Positions 34,315-47,716 are shown, counted from the stretch's first letter. The stretch: DNA of 64,000 nucleotides from Gekko japonicus (GCF_001447785.1 NW_015163228.1:4070-68069); one strand, 5' to 3'. Notes: a model not told the origin generated them from the sequence alone. Translations and numbers: made by a program.

Positions 34315-35195
34315 TTTTTTTTTTTTACTGATTGAGGTTTATATACAGATTACATATTCTGGGTTCCTGTCTGTTCCTCTATACATTTGTACACTTTTCC
34401 CCATCTCTTTTTATGTACCTTCTCATTTTTATTCTGCATCATTAAGCTTAGGTCGTCCATTCTGGCTAATTCTAATATCTTGTTCATCAGATCTTCTTTG
34501 GTAGGTAACCCTTCTGCTTTCCATTGTTGAGCTATTAACAGTCTGGCAGCCGTTATAACATAACTAATTATGTATGAGTCTTGATTATTATATCCTTTCA
34601 GGATCATGTTTAAGAGATATATTTCTGGTTTTAATGCTACATTTTTGCCCAGGCTTCTTTGTATTACTTCTCTCACCATTTTCCAGAATTCTTGTATCTT
34701 ACTACATTGCCACCACATGTGGTAGAACGTCCCTTTACATGTTTTACATTTCCAACATACATTTGGGTACCCCTTATAACATTTGGCTAGCTTATCAGGC
34801 GCCCAGTGCCATCTATGAAACATCTTATATACATTTTCTTTGTATGCTACCGCTCTCATGAACTTTACCGTTTTCCACATACTTGCCCACTTCTCCTCCC
34901 CTATTTCTCCTATATCTTTCATCCAGGTGATGATTACAGATTTAATTTCTTCGTCCTGTTCAAAGTCATTTAGTAAAAACTTATACAACTTATGGACTAA
35001 TTTATCATTTGAGGACAACCATATTTTGCCTAATTCATTGTTTTGATCTTCAAAGCCTCTTATCATATCTTTCTTACATCTATCTTGTAATGTTAGTGGG
35101 AACATCTTTCCTTCCTTTTTTTAATCAGCAGAAAAGCTGCTTGGATTCAATCAATTATTTAACATCTTTCTTGCCGAATTCATTATTCAACTGTA
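34315..35195 (-). mobile_element. L1-type LINE ORF2 3' fragment
   Basis: ORF 34350..35105 with KMFHRW, CWKC..CKGTFYHMWWQC..IQEFW zinc knuckle, AARLLIAQQWK; poly(A) at about 34315. Confidence 0.85.
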
Positions 35196-35795
35196 CATAA
35201 GAACATAAGAGACACCTATGTTGGATCAGGCCAAAGGCCCATCCAGTCCAACACTCTGTATCACACAGTGGCCAGAAATACCAGTGCCATCGGGAGGTCC
35301 ACCAGTGGGGCCAGGACATTAGAAGCCCTCCCACTGTTGACCCCCCCCCCAAGCACCAAGAAGACAGTGCATCACTTGCCCCAGAGTTTCTATCTATACC
35401 TTGTGGCTAATAGCCACTGATGGACCTCTGCTCCATATGCTTATCTAATTCCCTTTTGAAGCCGTCCATGCTTGTAGCCGCCACCACTTCCTGTGGCAGT
35501 GAATTCCATGTGTTAATCACTCTTTGGGTGAAGAAGTACTTCCTTTTATCCATTCTAACCTGACTGCTCAGCAATTTCATGGAGTGCCCATGAGTTCTTG
35601 TATTGTGAGAAAGGGAGAAAAGTACCTCTTTCTCTACCTGCTCTTTCCCATGCATAATCTTATAAACCTCAATCATGTCACCCCTCAGTCATCATTTCTC
35701 CAAGCTAAAGAGCCCTAAGCGATTTAACCTTTCCTCATAGGGAAAGTGTTCCAACCCTTTTATCATTCGAGTTGTCCTTTTCTGCACTTTTCCCA
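35196..35795 (-). mobile_element. CR1 LINE 3' end
   Basis: GDMIEVYKIMHG..T.GHSMKL..RKYFFTQRVINTWNSLP and a (TTCTTATG)n tail. Nearly identical to 47143-47716. Confidence 0.9.
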
Positions 35796-36628
35796 AAGCT
35801 ATAATACCTATAAAAGACCTAGGCATGTTTTGGAAATTACTCATTCATATGCCCTCATGATTTCATCTGTTTTCAACACTGGTTGGCAGAGCAGGAAGCA
35901 GAAACAGTGACTCCATGATCAAGGCAATGAACAAACTAGCCCTTAAATTCTCTGAAAAAGATCAGTTTTCTGAAAAACTCTACCCTGAGCACTCCAAAGT
36001 ATCATGCCAAGAGTTTTCCTCGAAGGCTGGCATGAACCATCCTGGTCTGAAGCAAATATGCATTAAGCAACTGGGTGAAAATATGTGATCTTCCCAGAGC
36101 ATCAAAAGAATGAACTATTTTAGAGATCATTTATGTCTGTATGTGTTGCTGCCCTCACTCCTACTCCCCCCTGAGTGTACTGCAAAGGATCTGGGAAGAG
36201 GGGATCCTTCTTTCTTCAACCTAATTTCTCAAATGAGTAGAAAAGCCTGTCTCTTTGGTGTCAGATTCACAACTGTGCCTTGAATTCTTCCTGTCTTCAG
36301 CCTAGTATAGACCGTGCAGCAGAATGAAATGGTAATGATGTGGCATACTGCTGAGGTGGCACAACAAACAGTACCAGACTGCAGGAGAAGGGGTTATATG
36401 CTTCAAAATCTCTCTAGATTGATAATGCTGTGATAGAACCTTCATCCCTGATGCACTGCCTTTGATTTGCAGATTTTTTTTACATGAGATAACAAAATAT
36501 GTGATTCCTTCCTCCCTCAGCATGCACTCTCAAGGTTCTACCACCTCACTCCACCTCATATGAAGTTCTCTCTTTTCAAAAGTTCTGATAGTATGGTAGG
36601 ACAGTGCACAGGCAAAAAGTAATTTTAC

Positions 36629-36920
36629 CTGCGGAATCTTATAGATGCCTAGAACAGTAGCCATTTGAAGAGACATTTCAGACTCGAGTCCTCCAATGAC
36701 AGCAATCAATGTTTTTGTCTTGTTACAGTCATAGTTGGGGACAGTCCTTTCCCAGGAAGATAGAAGTTTCATGGTGTTCTGATGAGTCATCCTTGCATTG
36801 AAGTAACTGTCATAGATCTGGAACCCCAAGCTGACATTGGGTAAGATGTTGGGGTTCTCATTGACTTCCTTCACAGCAAATACAAGGGAGAGGACATGCT
36901 GATAGCTCTTTGGGGTTGCA
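36629..36920 (-). CDS. V2R-B exon 2 (292 bp)
   Basis: [32 protein letters not shown]...YKIPQ. Confidence 0.9.
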
Positions 36921-37329
36921 CTAAGGTTATAGTTATATTATGGATAAAAAAAGATATTCATTGCTTGAAGAATCATCTATCGAAGTTTTACATGCATTTT
37001 TGAGACGTACATATCTTCACATTCATAAAAAATAGGAAATCAGAAATCTGTACATTTTATTTATATAACCAATTAAAATATTTTATATTGCCTTTCCTAA
37101 AACAGGCTCAATAAGAAAATATGACTGGAAGACATAGGAATAAAACAATGTAATACTAAAAATTTTCCCCAAACAGAAGGAATTACATTACACCTGCCAA
37201 TCTTATCGTATTAATACAACAACCCAGCAACAAACACCACCACCAGCAGAACTGAATCAACAGAACCAGCTGCAAAATGGAAATAGAAATTCTGTGTTTG
37301 GACACAAGAAGACCAATATCTAGTGATGT

Positions 37330-37525
37330 CAGCCTTCAGGTGGGACCTGAGAATCCCCTGGAATTACAGCTCAACTCCAAACTACAGAGATCAATTCCCC
37401 TGGAGACAATGGATGCTTTGGAGGTAGGAACTCTATGGCATTGTACCCCACTGAGGTCCCTGTCCTCCCCTGGCTCCATCCCCGAATATCTAGGAGTTTC
37501 CCAACCTGGATCTGAAAGCTTTACC
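37330..37525. repeat. Interspersed repeat (inverted copy at about 41745-41860; related at about 17700-17900 and 50860-51010)
   Basis: GACAATGGATGCTTTGGAGGT.GGAACTCTATGGCATTGTACCCCACTGAGGTCCCTG is shared with 41745-41860 in the opposite orientation. Confidence 0.7.
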
Positions 37526-38172
37526 AACATCTTAGCAGAGGATAAACATGCCTATCTGATGGATGCCACAGAGAGCCAGAGCTGATTGGAGAAATATAAT
37601 TATTTATTGCAAATATTGAGAGCTTTTTTATCATGAGGTTTAATAGAGACTCTTCCCCTACAGTTTTTCCCCCTGCAGTGTCCTATGAGACATGATGAGT
37701 CTTAACTGTAGGACTCTGCCAGTCTTTGATGAAATGTATGGGTATGATAGAACTGAAACACATATAAATCCAGCTGATTTCAGTAGAAGTGCTAATCCTC
37801 TTTTTTGATTCACTGATTTTAATGGAAGAGTGATAACTGCATGCTTCACTGTGGTTGTACTGTTTGCATCTAACAAAATAGTTTGTTATTGGGAGAAAGT
37901 GCAAAAAAACTCATTGGCCAAACTTTACTGGAAATTGTCATTTGTGTTGCTGAAAGACAGCAGCAAGCAGATTTCCTCTCCTCCAACATCTGTTGCTGCA
38001 CGTGGCTCTTGGCCATTACTACTTTTTATGCTGTCTGCAACAAGCAACAATTCAGAAGAAAAGTTCCCAAGAAATAGGCTATGTTTCCAAGTACAAGCCT
38101 GACAACTCTTAATCACTGTCAAGGTGAAGTCTAGACTAATATTTGTTATACAAAAAAAAGTGATTTCCTTAC

Positions 38173-38399
38173 ATAAGTCCATCTATTACAATAGTTCTAG
38201 GGTTCTCAGTGTAAGTTGTTTCATCAAAAACACATCCATACTGAGCGCCAATGTCTCCAATTATTATATCACCAGTCTGATAATATTCATATGGGATCTG
38301 GAAGAGATCAGCCATGATGCACACTGTGCGCACCTTGCACACAGCTGCAGGTAGATTCAGCCACAGACAAAGTAGTGTGAACAGAATTGTGCTTGCCAT
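38173..38399 (-). CDS. V2R-B exon 1 (227 bp)
   Basis: MASTILFTLLCLWLNLPAAV...GDIIIGDIG; GTAAG donor. Confidence 0.88.
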
Positions 38400-38917
38400 C
38401 TGGGAGTCAACTTATTCCAGAATGTGTTTCTTTCATCCTCTACCTAACGAGTTTCCCTGTTCACAACCCTGACTTTGAAGGCCAAAGGGAAATTTTATTT
38501 AACCATACATCTCTTCAGATTTATAGTAGGGATTAATTGCCACTCAAAACATGCATGGAACAACTGGCAATCCTAATAATTAGAGACAATTACTGCTCCA
38601 AGACCGCCCCTCCAGAGGAGTATGATGCATGAGACATCAGTTGGATCAGAAAAAGAGACGAAAACAAATTTCTTTCTTATCAGCATAACTTTGTCGAGCA
38701 TCAGGGACACATATGGCTAAATCTGGCGCAGAGGAAAAAACATAGCTGCATAACAGAAAGAGTGGAAGCAGAGTGAAATGACATATTCGAGATACCAGGT
38801 GGCAATGCGATCCCTAGAGATGGGCAAGCTTTCCACAGCTTTTGAGTCTCAGCTCAAAATAACCAAGACTCAGTTCTGATATTGTGCAAGATCATGGTTT
38901 AATTATAGTTAGTTACA

Positions 38918-39745
38918 GAGTCCATCAAGACAGATATTTCAGTTTAATCTCACCCAGTCATCCTCCTTATCCATGTTTCACATGGAATTTGATTTGGGGG
39001 GAGCACAATCCTCATCATAAACTCTTTTGGTTGTATAAGAGACCAAGTCCTATGAGGAAAGGTTGAAGGAGCTGGGTATGTTTAGCCTGGAGAGTTGATG
39101 ACTGAGAGGTGATATGATAACCATTTTCAAGTACTGGATGGGCTGTCATATAGAGGATGATGCGGAGTTGTTTTCTATTGTCCCAGAAGGTCAGACCAAA
39201 ACCAACGGGTTGAAAATAAATCAAAAACATTAGGCTAAACATTAGGAAGATCTTCCTGACAATTAGAATGGTTGCTCAGTGGAACAGGCTTCCTTGGGAG
39301 GTGGTGGGCTCTCCTTCTTTGGAGGTTTTCAAACGGAGTCCATCAAGACAGATATTTCTGTTTAATCTCACCCAGTCATCCTCCTTATCCATGTTTCACA
39401 TGGAATTTGATTTTGGGGGAGCACAATCCTCATCATAAACTTTTTTGGTTGTATAAGAGACCAAGTGCTATGAGGAAAGGTTGAAGGAGCTGGGTATGTT
39501 TAGCCTGGAGAGTTGATGACTGAGAGGTGATATGATAACCATTTTCAAGTACTGGATGGGCTGTCATATAGAGGATGATGAGTTGTTTTCTATTGCCCCA
39601 GAAGATCAGACCAGAACCAACGGGTTGAAAATACATCAAAAAAGTTTTTTGCTAAACATTAGGAAGATCTTCCTGACCATTAGAGTGGTTCCTCAGTGGA
39701 ACAGGCTTCCTTGGGACGTGGTGGACTCTCCTTCTTTGGAGGCTA
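38918..39745. repeat. About 418-bp diverged tandem duplication containing CR1 fragments, upstream of V2R-B
   Basis: GAGTCCATCAAGACAGATATTTC at 38918 and 39336. CR1 motifs YEERLKELGMFSLE, GDMITIFKY, WNRLP. Confidence 0.88.
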
Positions 39746-40902
39746 GATGGCCATCTGAGAGCAATGCTGATTCTGTGAGCTTAGGCAGATCATGAGAATC
39801 ATGGAATCATAGAGTTCGAAAAGACCTCCAGGGTCATCACCTTGCGCAATGCAGGAAATTCACAAATACCTCCCCCCACACCCCTAGTGTCACCTATACC
39901 ATGCCCAAAAGATGACAAAAAGCCTCCAGGATCTCCAGCCAAACTGGCCTGGAGAACAATTGCTTCCTGACCCCAAAGTGGTGATCAGCATTTCCCTGGG
40001 CATGTAAGAAAGGGCCACAAGAACTAAGCACTGATGCAACCCTTCCTGCCCTCCCTCTCAGAATTGTATTATGCGCTGACAATCCCCCTGTTATTTTACT
40101 TGCATCCAGCACTGATTTTTTTTCCATTGGGGATGCTGCCATTTGCCTCCTCTCCAATCCCCCTTTCTAGTAAATACCACAGGGAATGAAACCTTGCGTA
40201 GCTCCTTTTAGACTTCCCCTGTCATTTTAAGTTTTTTATGCAACAATCCAAGACTACCAATAGTCTCATATTGGTAACCTCATGCCACTTGTCAATTTTT
40301 AAAAAAAAATTAAAATGAGGATATAATGGAGCTTGTACACTGATGAAGGGGGGAGGATGGTGGAAGATGCAGAGTGGATGGAAGGACCTTGATGTGGGCA
40401 GGGGAGTGACCTTCGAGGGGTAGCAAAAGGGCGGGCAGGAAATCTGAGGGCATCTGTACGCTTCAGAATTACCTTCAGCTTGGAAGTTAAACAAGGGGAA
40501 AATTGGCACAAAAGCACTCTCAGAAGACCCTGAGAAACAGTGACCAGAAAGCGAACTGAGTCCTGAAGGCAGGAAAATCAGTGCCAAACAAGAAAGAAAA
40601 CCCGACAGACGTGCATGGTGAAAGCAAGGGAAAAGACCTATGCACAGTTAATGTAGTACACGAATAATAACTAAATAAGAACATCAAGGATTTATAGCTC
40701 ATTGCTGAAAGTACTGTCCCTCTCCCTTTTTAATCTATTTAAAATTTTCCTCTCTTCTCTATACCTTTGCTTTCTTGCCTTACCCTGTATCTCTCTTTTT
40801 ATGGTACTTTATATATCTCTATATCTCTATATATCTATACATCTATATATCTCTATCTATAGATATATATAGATATAGATATATGGTACTTTATATATCT
40901 CT

Positions 40903-41138
40903 AGTTCCAGCTCCTGCCAACCTAGCAGTTCGAAAGCAAGAAATTGCAAGTAGATAAATAGGTACCACTTCCGTAGGAAGGTAACAGCGTTCCGTGCGCC
41001 TTGGTGTTTGGTCATGCCAGCCACATGACCACGGAAACGTCTTCGGACAGCGCTGGCTCTTCGGCTTTGAAACGGAGATGAGCACCGCAACCCTAGAGTC
41101 GGACTCGACTGGCTTTTGAGCAAGGGAACCTTTACCTT
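40903..41138 (+). mobile_element. 5'-truncated Sauria SINE in a (TATATC)-rich tract
   Basis: TTCCAGCTCCTGCCAACCTAGCAGTTCGAAAGC core, ACCTTTACCTTT tail, flanking TTATATATCT repeats. Confidence 0.85.
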
Positions 41139-41869
41139 TTTATATATCTATATGGCCACTGGTGGTGGACTTCATATCTATGGTGCTTGTGGCTTATCCC
41201 AGATTTCTTAGATTCTAAGGACTTTGGAGAGCTGTGTGAACAGCTTTTTCACTACTAACACAAAACAGACAACCATCTGAATTATGGAGAGTAAAAAAGC
41301 TAGATGTGGTTATGATCCATAGTAACCCAGTACTCCTGATTTGTGCATACATGGTGAGGGAGGAGGCAAGGCTCACTGAACCCTACGGAAATCCTATATT
41401 TGTGGATGGTGAAGTGCACATCTAACAATACCAAGTGTAAATGAAAAAAAATGTTTGAAAACACACATTTAATAATATAATAAAGTTGACAGAGAAGTAG
41501 AATTGACTGGCTTTCCTTGATTAGTTTACACTCTGGAAATCTTGGTTAGTTGCTTGTCCAGACACCCCTTGCAGACAATGTGCCAACATGTACCAACATT
41601 AAACTGCCTGAAACATTGACTGTTAAGATGTAACTTTGGAAAAAATATTGGTAGGTTGCAAAAGGACTCCAATTTGAGAAATAGATTTCTGACCTGAAAA
41701 AGAACGTTGAAACAGGCTTTCAAGCTAGCTGCCTGCCGTGTAAAGCTTTCAGATCCAGGTTGGGAAACTCCTAGATATTTGGGGATGGAGCCAGGGAAGG
41801 ACAGGGACCTCAGTGGGGTACAATGCCATAGAGTTCCCACCTCCAAAGCATCCATTGTCTTGTATCTAT

Positions 41870-42965
41870 GTTCCATCCCAAGGGATATTGGTTGTGGGGC
41901 TAGAAAACTGTACCCTTCTCCGACACTGGTGTTATTCAATGCCAGGTCTATCAACAATAAGAACAATGTGCTCCTGATCCTGGGTGATTTCAATGTTCAT
42001 GCCGATGATGCAGCATCTGTCCTGGCCAGGGACCTAGTGTCGTCCATGGAGGCACTGGGACTCTCCCAGTTTACATCAACTCCCATGCACCAAGCGGGCC
42101 ACACGCTGGATTTGATTTTGGGGATGGGGATACATGTGGATCTGATGGCTACAGATGTAGTCCCATGGTCTGACCACTTCACCCTGAAGGTCCAGCTGAG
42201 CATACCATACCCACCCTGTTTAGGCAGCGAGTGCATTTATGCTTGCCCTTGGAGTCAAATGGACCCTGGTAGGCTTCAGGAGGCTCTGCGGGATCCAATG
42301 CCCCCTGGCATCTCGTTGGATGAGCTGGTGGTGGACTGGGATAACCAGCTCTCCAAAGCCATCAATGAGATTGCCCCCTGGCACCCTCTGCACCCCCGCA
42401 CCAAAGCAGCATCGTGGTATACCATGGAGCTGCAAAGGATGAAGCGGGAGCTAAGACAGCTAGAGCGAAGGTGGTGGCATGCTCATGACAAAGTGTCACG
42501 AACATCTTATAGAACACTTATCAAAGCCTATGAGATGGCAGTGAAGGCCGCAAAGAAGGATTTCAATGCAGCCTCCATTGCGTCTGTGAGCTCGCACCCA
42601 GCCCAGTTATTTAGAGTTATTCAGTCTATTATGACTCTGCCTCATGGCAGACCAAATAGTAGGGAATTAGCTATTGGCTGTGAGGCGTTTGCGAGCTATT
42701 TCACAGATAAGATCATGGCACTCTGCCAGGACCTTCCAGCCACACTTGAGACAGTAAAGAAACTGGAAGCCCCTTGTCCATCTTCTGGTCCATTATTGGA
42801 CCACTTCAGTCGACTCACCTGGGAGGAAGTTGACAGGACCCTGGCATCCTTGACCCATGCCCTTCCTGGCTAGTGAAATCTTGCGGGGAGAGCATTCGGG
42901 CTCCTCTGGAAGAGATAATCAACTTGTCCCTATCTACTGGGACTTTTATGGAGGCTTTAAAGGAC
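41870..42965 (+). mobile_element. L2/CR1-clade LINE ORF2 fragment (APE endonuclease and linker), internally deleted
   Basis: LFNARSINNK, LILGDFNVH, HQAGHTLDLI, VPWSDHF, WYTMELQRMKRELRQLERRW. Confidence 0.85.
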
Positions 42966-43384
42966 AAAACAATATTCAGTTTGAAAATTAGCTGACATAC
43001 ATTCATTTCTGACTAACAAACCACACTGTTTTATGTATTACTCTACCACTAAATCAAAATACCTAATTAAGAGTTGCCAATTTCCTCCTTCATACTTTAT
43101 GTTCCCAAAATGTTGCATTGCAGTTAATTTTACCATTCACAAAATATCATACACTTTTAACAGCCATTCTTTTTTATTGGGAGTACTTGGGTCTTCCAGT
43201 GCCTAGCAAAAATCATTCTCATCATTTAGTCATTTGTATTATGCCCATTATCATCTTTACATTTAAAATGAATTACTAAATGATATGTGGGGCTGGTGAC
43301 CTGGCCCCACAAACTGTGAGCAGTGGCTGGGCAACTTGCCCAGCCTGCTGATCAGAAGAAACAACAACTGAGGAAGAAAAAGGA

Positions 43385-43638
43385 GGAGGGGGAGGAGTTT
43401 GGATTTATACCCTGCACTACCAGAAGGAGTCTCAGAGTGTCTTACAATCTCCTTTCCCTTCCCCTTCCCACAACAGACACCCTGTGAGTTAGGTGGGGCT
43501 GAGAGAGCTCTTTTGAGGTCTGCCCTTGAGAGAACAGCTTTGAATAAACTAATGACTGGCCCAAGGTCACACCAGCAGCTGCATGGGGAGGAGTGGTGAA
43601 TTAAGCCCTGTTCTCCCAGATAGAGTCTGCACTCCTAA
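43385..43638 (-). mobile_element. Squam3-like SINE
   Basis: Homologous to 28433-28714. Confidence 0.8.
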
Positions 43639-44028
43639 CCACAATACCACATTGGCTCAAACTGAAGGGAGATGTTGCTGCTGAGAGAGTAGAAATTGGC
43701 TGACTGGCTGTCCAGCAAGGAGATTTAAAGGCCAGCATTCAGAGACCTAGAGGAGCATCTGGAAACCCGGTGGCAAGTGAGGAAGCAAAGAAATTTTTGA
43801 GGAGTTTGCATGATCTCTGTATATAAAATGTGTATGCATGTAATTTGTCGTTCTTGTAAAAGAAATTTGTCTTTAGAATCATTTGACTGTTGGGTTGATT
43901 TAAGACAATGACTGAAGCATGTTCGGTCTCCTGTTCTATGATTGCGATATTGGCATTTTAAAAAAAGTTATGATTACTTTGCAACATCTTCAGTGTATTT
44001 GGTCTGTTTGAGCATGTAATCTTGGGCC

Positions 44029-44986
44029 TCATTTTTGAAAACCAGCCCTCATTTTCCCAATTGTGTCTTTCATAGCCTCTTTCACAACCTTATTCCTGAA
44101 AGTGTAAATGATGGGGTTCAGCAAAGGGGTTACCACTGTATTAAGTACTGTGGCCACCTTGTTAAAATCCATAGAGGTTTTGCCAGCTGGCTTGATGTAG
44201 ATGAACATGGAACTACCATAATAGAGTGATGCTACAGTGATGTGAGAGCTGCAAGTATTAAAGGCTTTCTTCCTGCCTTTGGCAGAGGGAATCCTCATCA
44301 CAGTAACCATGATGCAGATGTAGGAGATAGTTGTCACAGATACAGAGCTCAGGAGATTAAAGCAGGAGACAGCCAAGTCTAAGGCTTGGAGAAAGCGAAT
44401 GTCAGCACAAATCATCTCCAGCATAGGACCACTGTCACAGAAAAAATGATCGATAACGTTGGAGCCACAGAAAGGCAGTCCAGCCTTCAGAACCATAGAT
44501 ACTGTTATAGAAAAGAAACTGCACAACCAACAAGACAGTACCATCAGCTGGCAGACTTGGGCTCTCATTATAGAGGTGTATCTCAGCGGGTTACAGATGG
44601 CCATGTAGCGATCTACTGACATAGCAGCCAACAAGAGAACTTCAGAAGTACCAGCCACAAAGTAGATATATCCTTGCAGAGCACAGGCAAAGAAAGACAT
44701 GGTGTTGTTCTGTAAGATGAACAGGCTGAGCATCTTGGGTGTGACAGTTGTTGTGATGATGATCTCCAGCCAGGACAGGTTCTTGAGAAAGTAGTACATG
44801 GGTGTTTTGAGGCGGTGATCCATTTCAATCAGAATAATGACCAACCCATTGCCAAGCAAAGTCAGTGTATACATGACAAAGAAGAGGAGGAAGAGCAAAA
44901 AGCGGTTTCTGAAGCTGGTGGAGATTTGAGAAGCCAAGGAGAATGATTTCAGTGATGATGGGTTGGGAAAGGTTTCTTAAACTCAT
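44029..44986 (-). pseudogene. Class II olfactory receptor, family 6-like, with a 7-bp frameshifting insertion before TM1
   Basis: True start ATG at 44986 (MSLRNLSQPIITEIILLGFSNLHQLQ) is out of frame with the main ORF (LKTPMYYFL, MSVDRYMAICNPLRY, FFCD, KAFNTCSSH, PLLNPIIY). Span 958 nt = 3n+1. Confidence 0.85.
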
Positions 44987-45420
44987 GTTGATGAGGGGTT
45001 GGGAAAGTTTATTTAACTTATCCTACCAATATATGTTTCCGCTGAACAAACTCAAATTACTGTGAACCTAGAGCATAAAAAAGTAAATTTAAAAAAAAAT
45101 TAAATAATTTTTTAAAAATCAAGAAACAATGTACTCTGTATCAAACACACACACATCACACACACTGGCTAGAGTTTTTGCAGGCAATAACCTCCTTAAT
45201 TTCCCCCATTTTAGGCTCACAAAAAAGGGTTTGAATATCCAGATCTAACCTCCCTCTCTCTCTTGTTTCTGTAATGCCACGAATAAAGCAGAAGAACTTG
45301 GGAACCATTTTTGACCTTGTTTTCTTTTCAAGTCTAATTACTACACATTCAGCATCATTCCAAGTTTGTGATATTAAATCTGTTGTGAAACAGATAACAA
45401 ACACCAGTGTTAATGCCACG

Positions 45421-45897
45421 GCTGCTGTTGTTGTTCAGTCGCACAGTCGAGTCTGACTCTTCGCGACCCCATGGACCACTTCATGCGAAGCCAGACAAAA
45501 CACAATCCACTAAGAAAACTTTGAGAACACATGGTCACAACTTTATGAATGGATAGAAGAGTAGAAGACTTAAAACTTTCAGACATACAACCAAACTAAA
45601 AGAAAATAAGAACTATATATTCAATTGTAAGCAAAAGGTATATATGAAAATTATAAGGTGGATAAAAGAAATGAATGTTTTGGAAATAGTATGAGGTCAG
45701 CAACTAGGTCAAATAATGATACAAATGGATTTCCCGTAATTTGTATGCATGTATGTTTGTCTTGTCTGTCTTATATATGAAATAAAAATTCTTATAAGAA
45801 GTGAACATGCCTAGGGAAGAAAAAAACACACACGATCCACTGGAGAAGGAAATGGCAACCCACTCCAGTATCTTTGTCAAGAAAACCCCATGGACAG
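45421..45897. mobile_element. Composite insertion: BovB/RTE 3' tail (minus), L1-like 3' fragment, inverted BovB segment (plus)
   Basis: GTTGTTGTTCAGTCG..GACTCTTCGCGACCCCATGGAC at 45425; GGAGAAGGAAATGGCAACCCACTCCAGTAT..CCCATGGACAG at 45840; flanking repeat AACACCAGTG(T/C)TAA. Confidence 0.7.
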
Positions 45898-47142
45898 TAA
45901 CACCAGTGCTAAAACACGTCAAAACTTTATGAAATTCAGCTAGGAGTCCAGTTGGAACAGGTACTTCTTAAGTAAATGAGAGAATTATCCATAGATCCCT
46001 AGATTATCCCAAGTTATATTTCTTTGAACTAAGTTATTTTTAAAAAAGTTTTTTACGACTAAAATAAATAATTAAAATTATAAAAAACATGGGATTTGTG
46101 CTTGGAAAAGAAGAGTGGCATAGAAATCAATCAAGTACTTTTCCTTACCTACTCCTTCTCTGCAATAAATCAGATCGATGTGTAGATACCGCACCTTTGT
46201 CATCATTATCTAAACTGGGAGAGAGGAATGTGGTTGCCACTCATAGGTTTGGATCCAAGCATCTACAGACTCTGGATTGAGGTTATTCCTTCAGAGACAT
46301 AGTCTCAATTTTCCTTTATGAGGGTATTTGCCAAACAACGTGTACATCCCTTTCAATAATATGTAATTTCTATCCTGCGCCCTATCCTGCATCTGATGAA
46401 GGCGGTCTGTGCTAGAATAAAACTCTGGTAGTCTTAGAGGTGCCATTATGCTGCAGTTTATTTTTCTGCAATAAATTGACACAACTAATCCTCACAATTT
46501 CCATGAAAGATCTAATAACATTGGTTGAATTGTGCCTGTAATTTTTGTCCATGTTGAGTGATACAAGTTACTGGGATGGGGAGACCTCCAAATGTTTCAG
46601 AGAATCTGCATGGAGATCACTGTCTCTGACACAGATGGTTATCCATCACCTATCTTGTTGTTTTCGGGGGAGAACATGAACGATACATTTAAATGTGAGC
46701 TCAAGTTTAATATTCAGTCATTAATAAAACCTTGCAGGAGAGACAGACCTGCTTGCTTACTGAACCTGTTTCCACTCTTCCTTTAAAAGCACATTGTTTG
46801 ATCTGATCACTGCCTTACGAATTGTCTCACTGCTAACCATCATTGGGCGATCAGTATGATGAGGGGGTGGGTGGTGGAACCAAGACAGACCATAAGGATA
46901 GAATGTCATGTTTCTGGTTAACTAGCAGTTATGAGTGAGTGCTTAATAACAAAGCTGCTCCTTACTTCTTGTAAAAAAAACAGGTAAGCTTCAGTCCCTT
47001 GGTTCATCAAGATCAGTAAAGATTTATGTTCTGACTGGTAGTGGCTTTTCAAGGCCTCAGATCAAGGTCTCCCACATCACCTGACCCTTTTAGCTGGAGA
47101 TACCAGGACTGAAACTGTGTGCAAAGTATATGATAAATTATA

Positions 47143-47716
47143 AAAGGGTTGGAACACTTTCCCTATGAGGAAAGGTTAAGGCGCTTAGGGCTCTTTCGCT
47201 TGGAGAAACGACGACTGAGGGGTGACATCATTGAGGTTTATAAGATTATGCATGGGAAAGAGCAGGTAGAGAAAGAGGTACTTTTCTCCCTTTCTCACAA
47301 TACAAGAACTCGTGGGCACTCCATGAAACTGCTGAGCCGTCGGGTTAGAACGGATAAAAGGAAGTACTTCTTCACCCAAAGAGTGATTAACACATGGAAT
47401 TCACTGCCACAGGAAGTGGTGGCGGCTACAAGCATGGACAGATTCAAAAGGGAATTAGATAAGCATATGGAGCAGAGGTCCATCAGTGGCTATTAGCTAC
47501 AAGGTATAGATAGGGACTCTGGGGCAAGTGATGCTCTGTCATCTTGGTGCTTGGGGGGGGGGGTCAACAGTAGGATGGCTTCTGGTGTCCTGGCCCCACT
47601 GGTGGACCTCCTGATGGCACTGGTATTTCTAGCCACTGTGTGATACAGAGTGTTGGACTGGATGGGCCTTTGGCCTGATCCAACATTGGCATCTCTTATG
47701 TTCTTATGTTCTTATG
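47143..47716 (+). mobile_element. CR1 LINE 3' end
   Basis: YEERLRRLGLF.LEKRRLRGD.IEVYKIMHG...WNSLP and a (TTCTTATG)n tail. Confidence 0.9.

Larger units (their letters stand above)
24739..38399 (-). pseudogene. Vomeronasal type-2 receptor gene B, 6 exons, one 7-bp frameshift in exon 6 (TM1); 882 aa if repaired
   Basis: Exons 38399-38173, 36920-36629, 34086-33217, 32095-31868, 30136-30010, 25650-24739, all GT-AG and sized like V2R-A. 25 nt versus 18 nt in the CT tract at 25501-25525 breaks the frame between ORFs 25118..25735 and 24739..25491. Confidence 0.88.

Noticed and set aside
41707-42873. 388-aa ORF as a host gene
   Set aside because: Chance fusion of an interspersed repeat with an internally deleted LINE endonuclease region.
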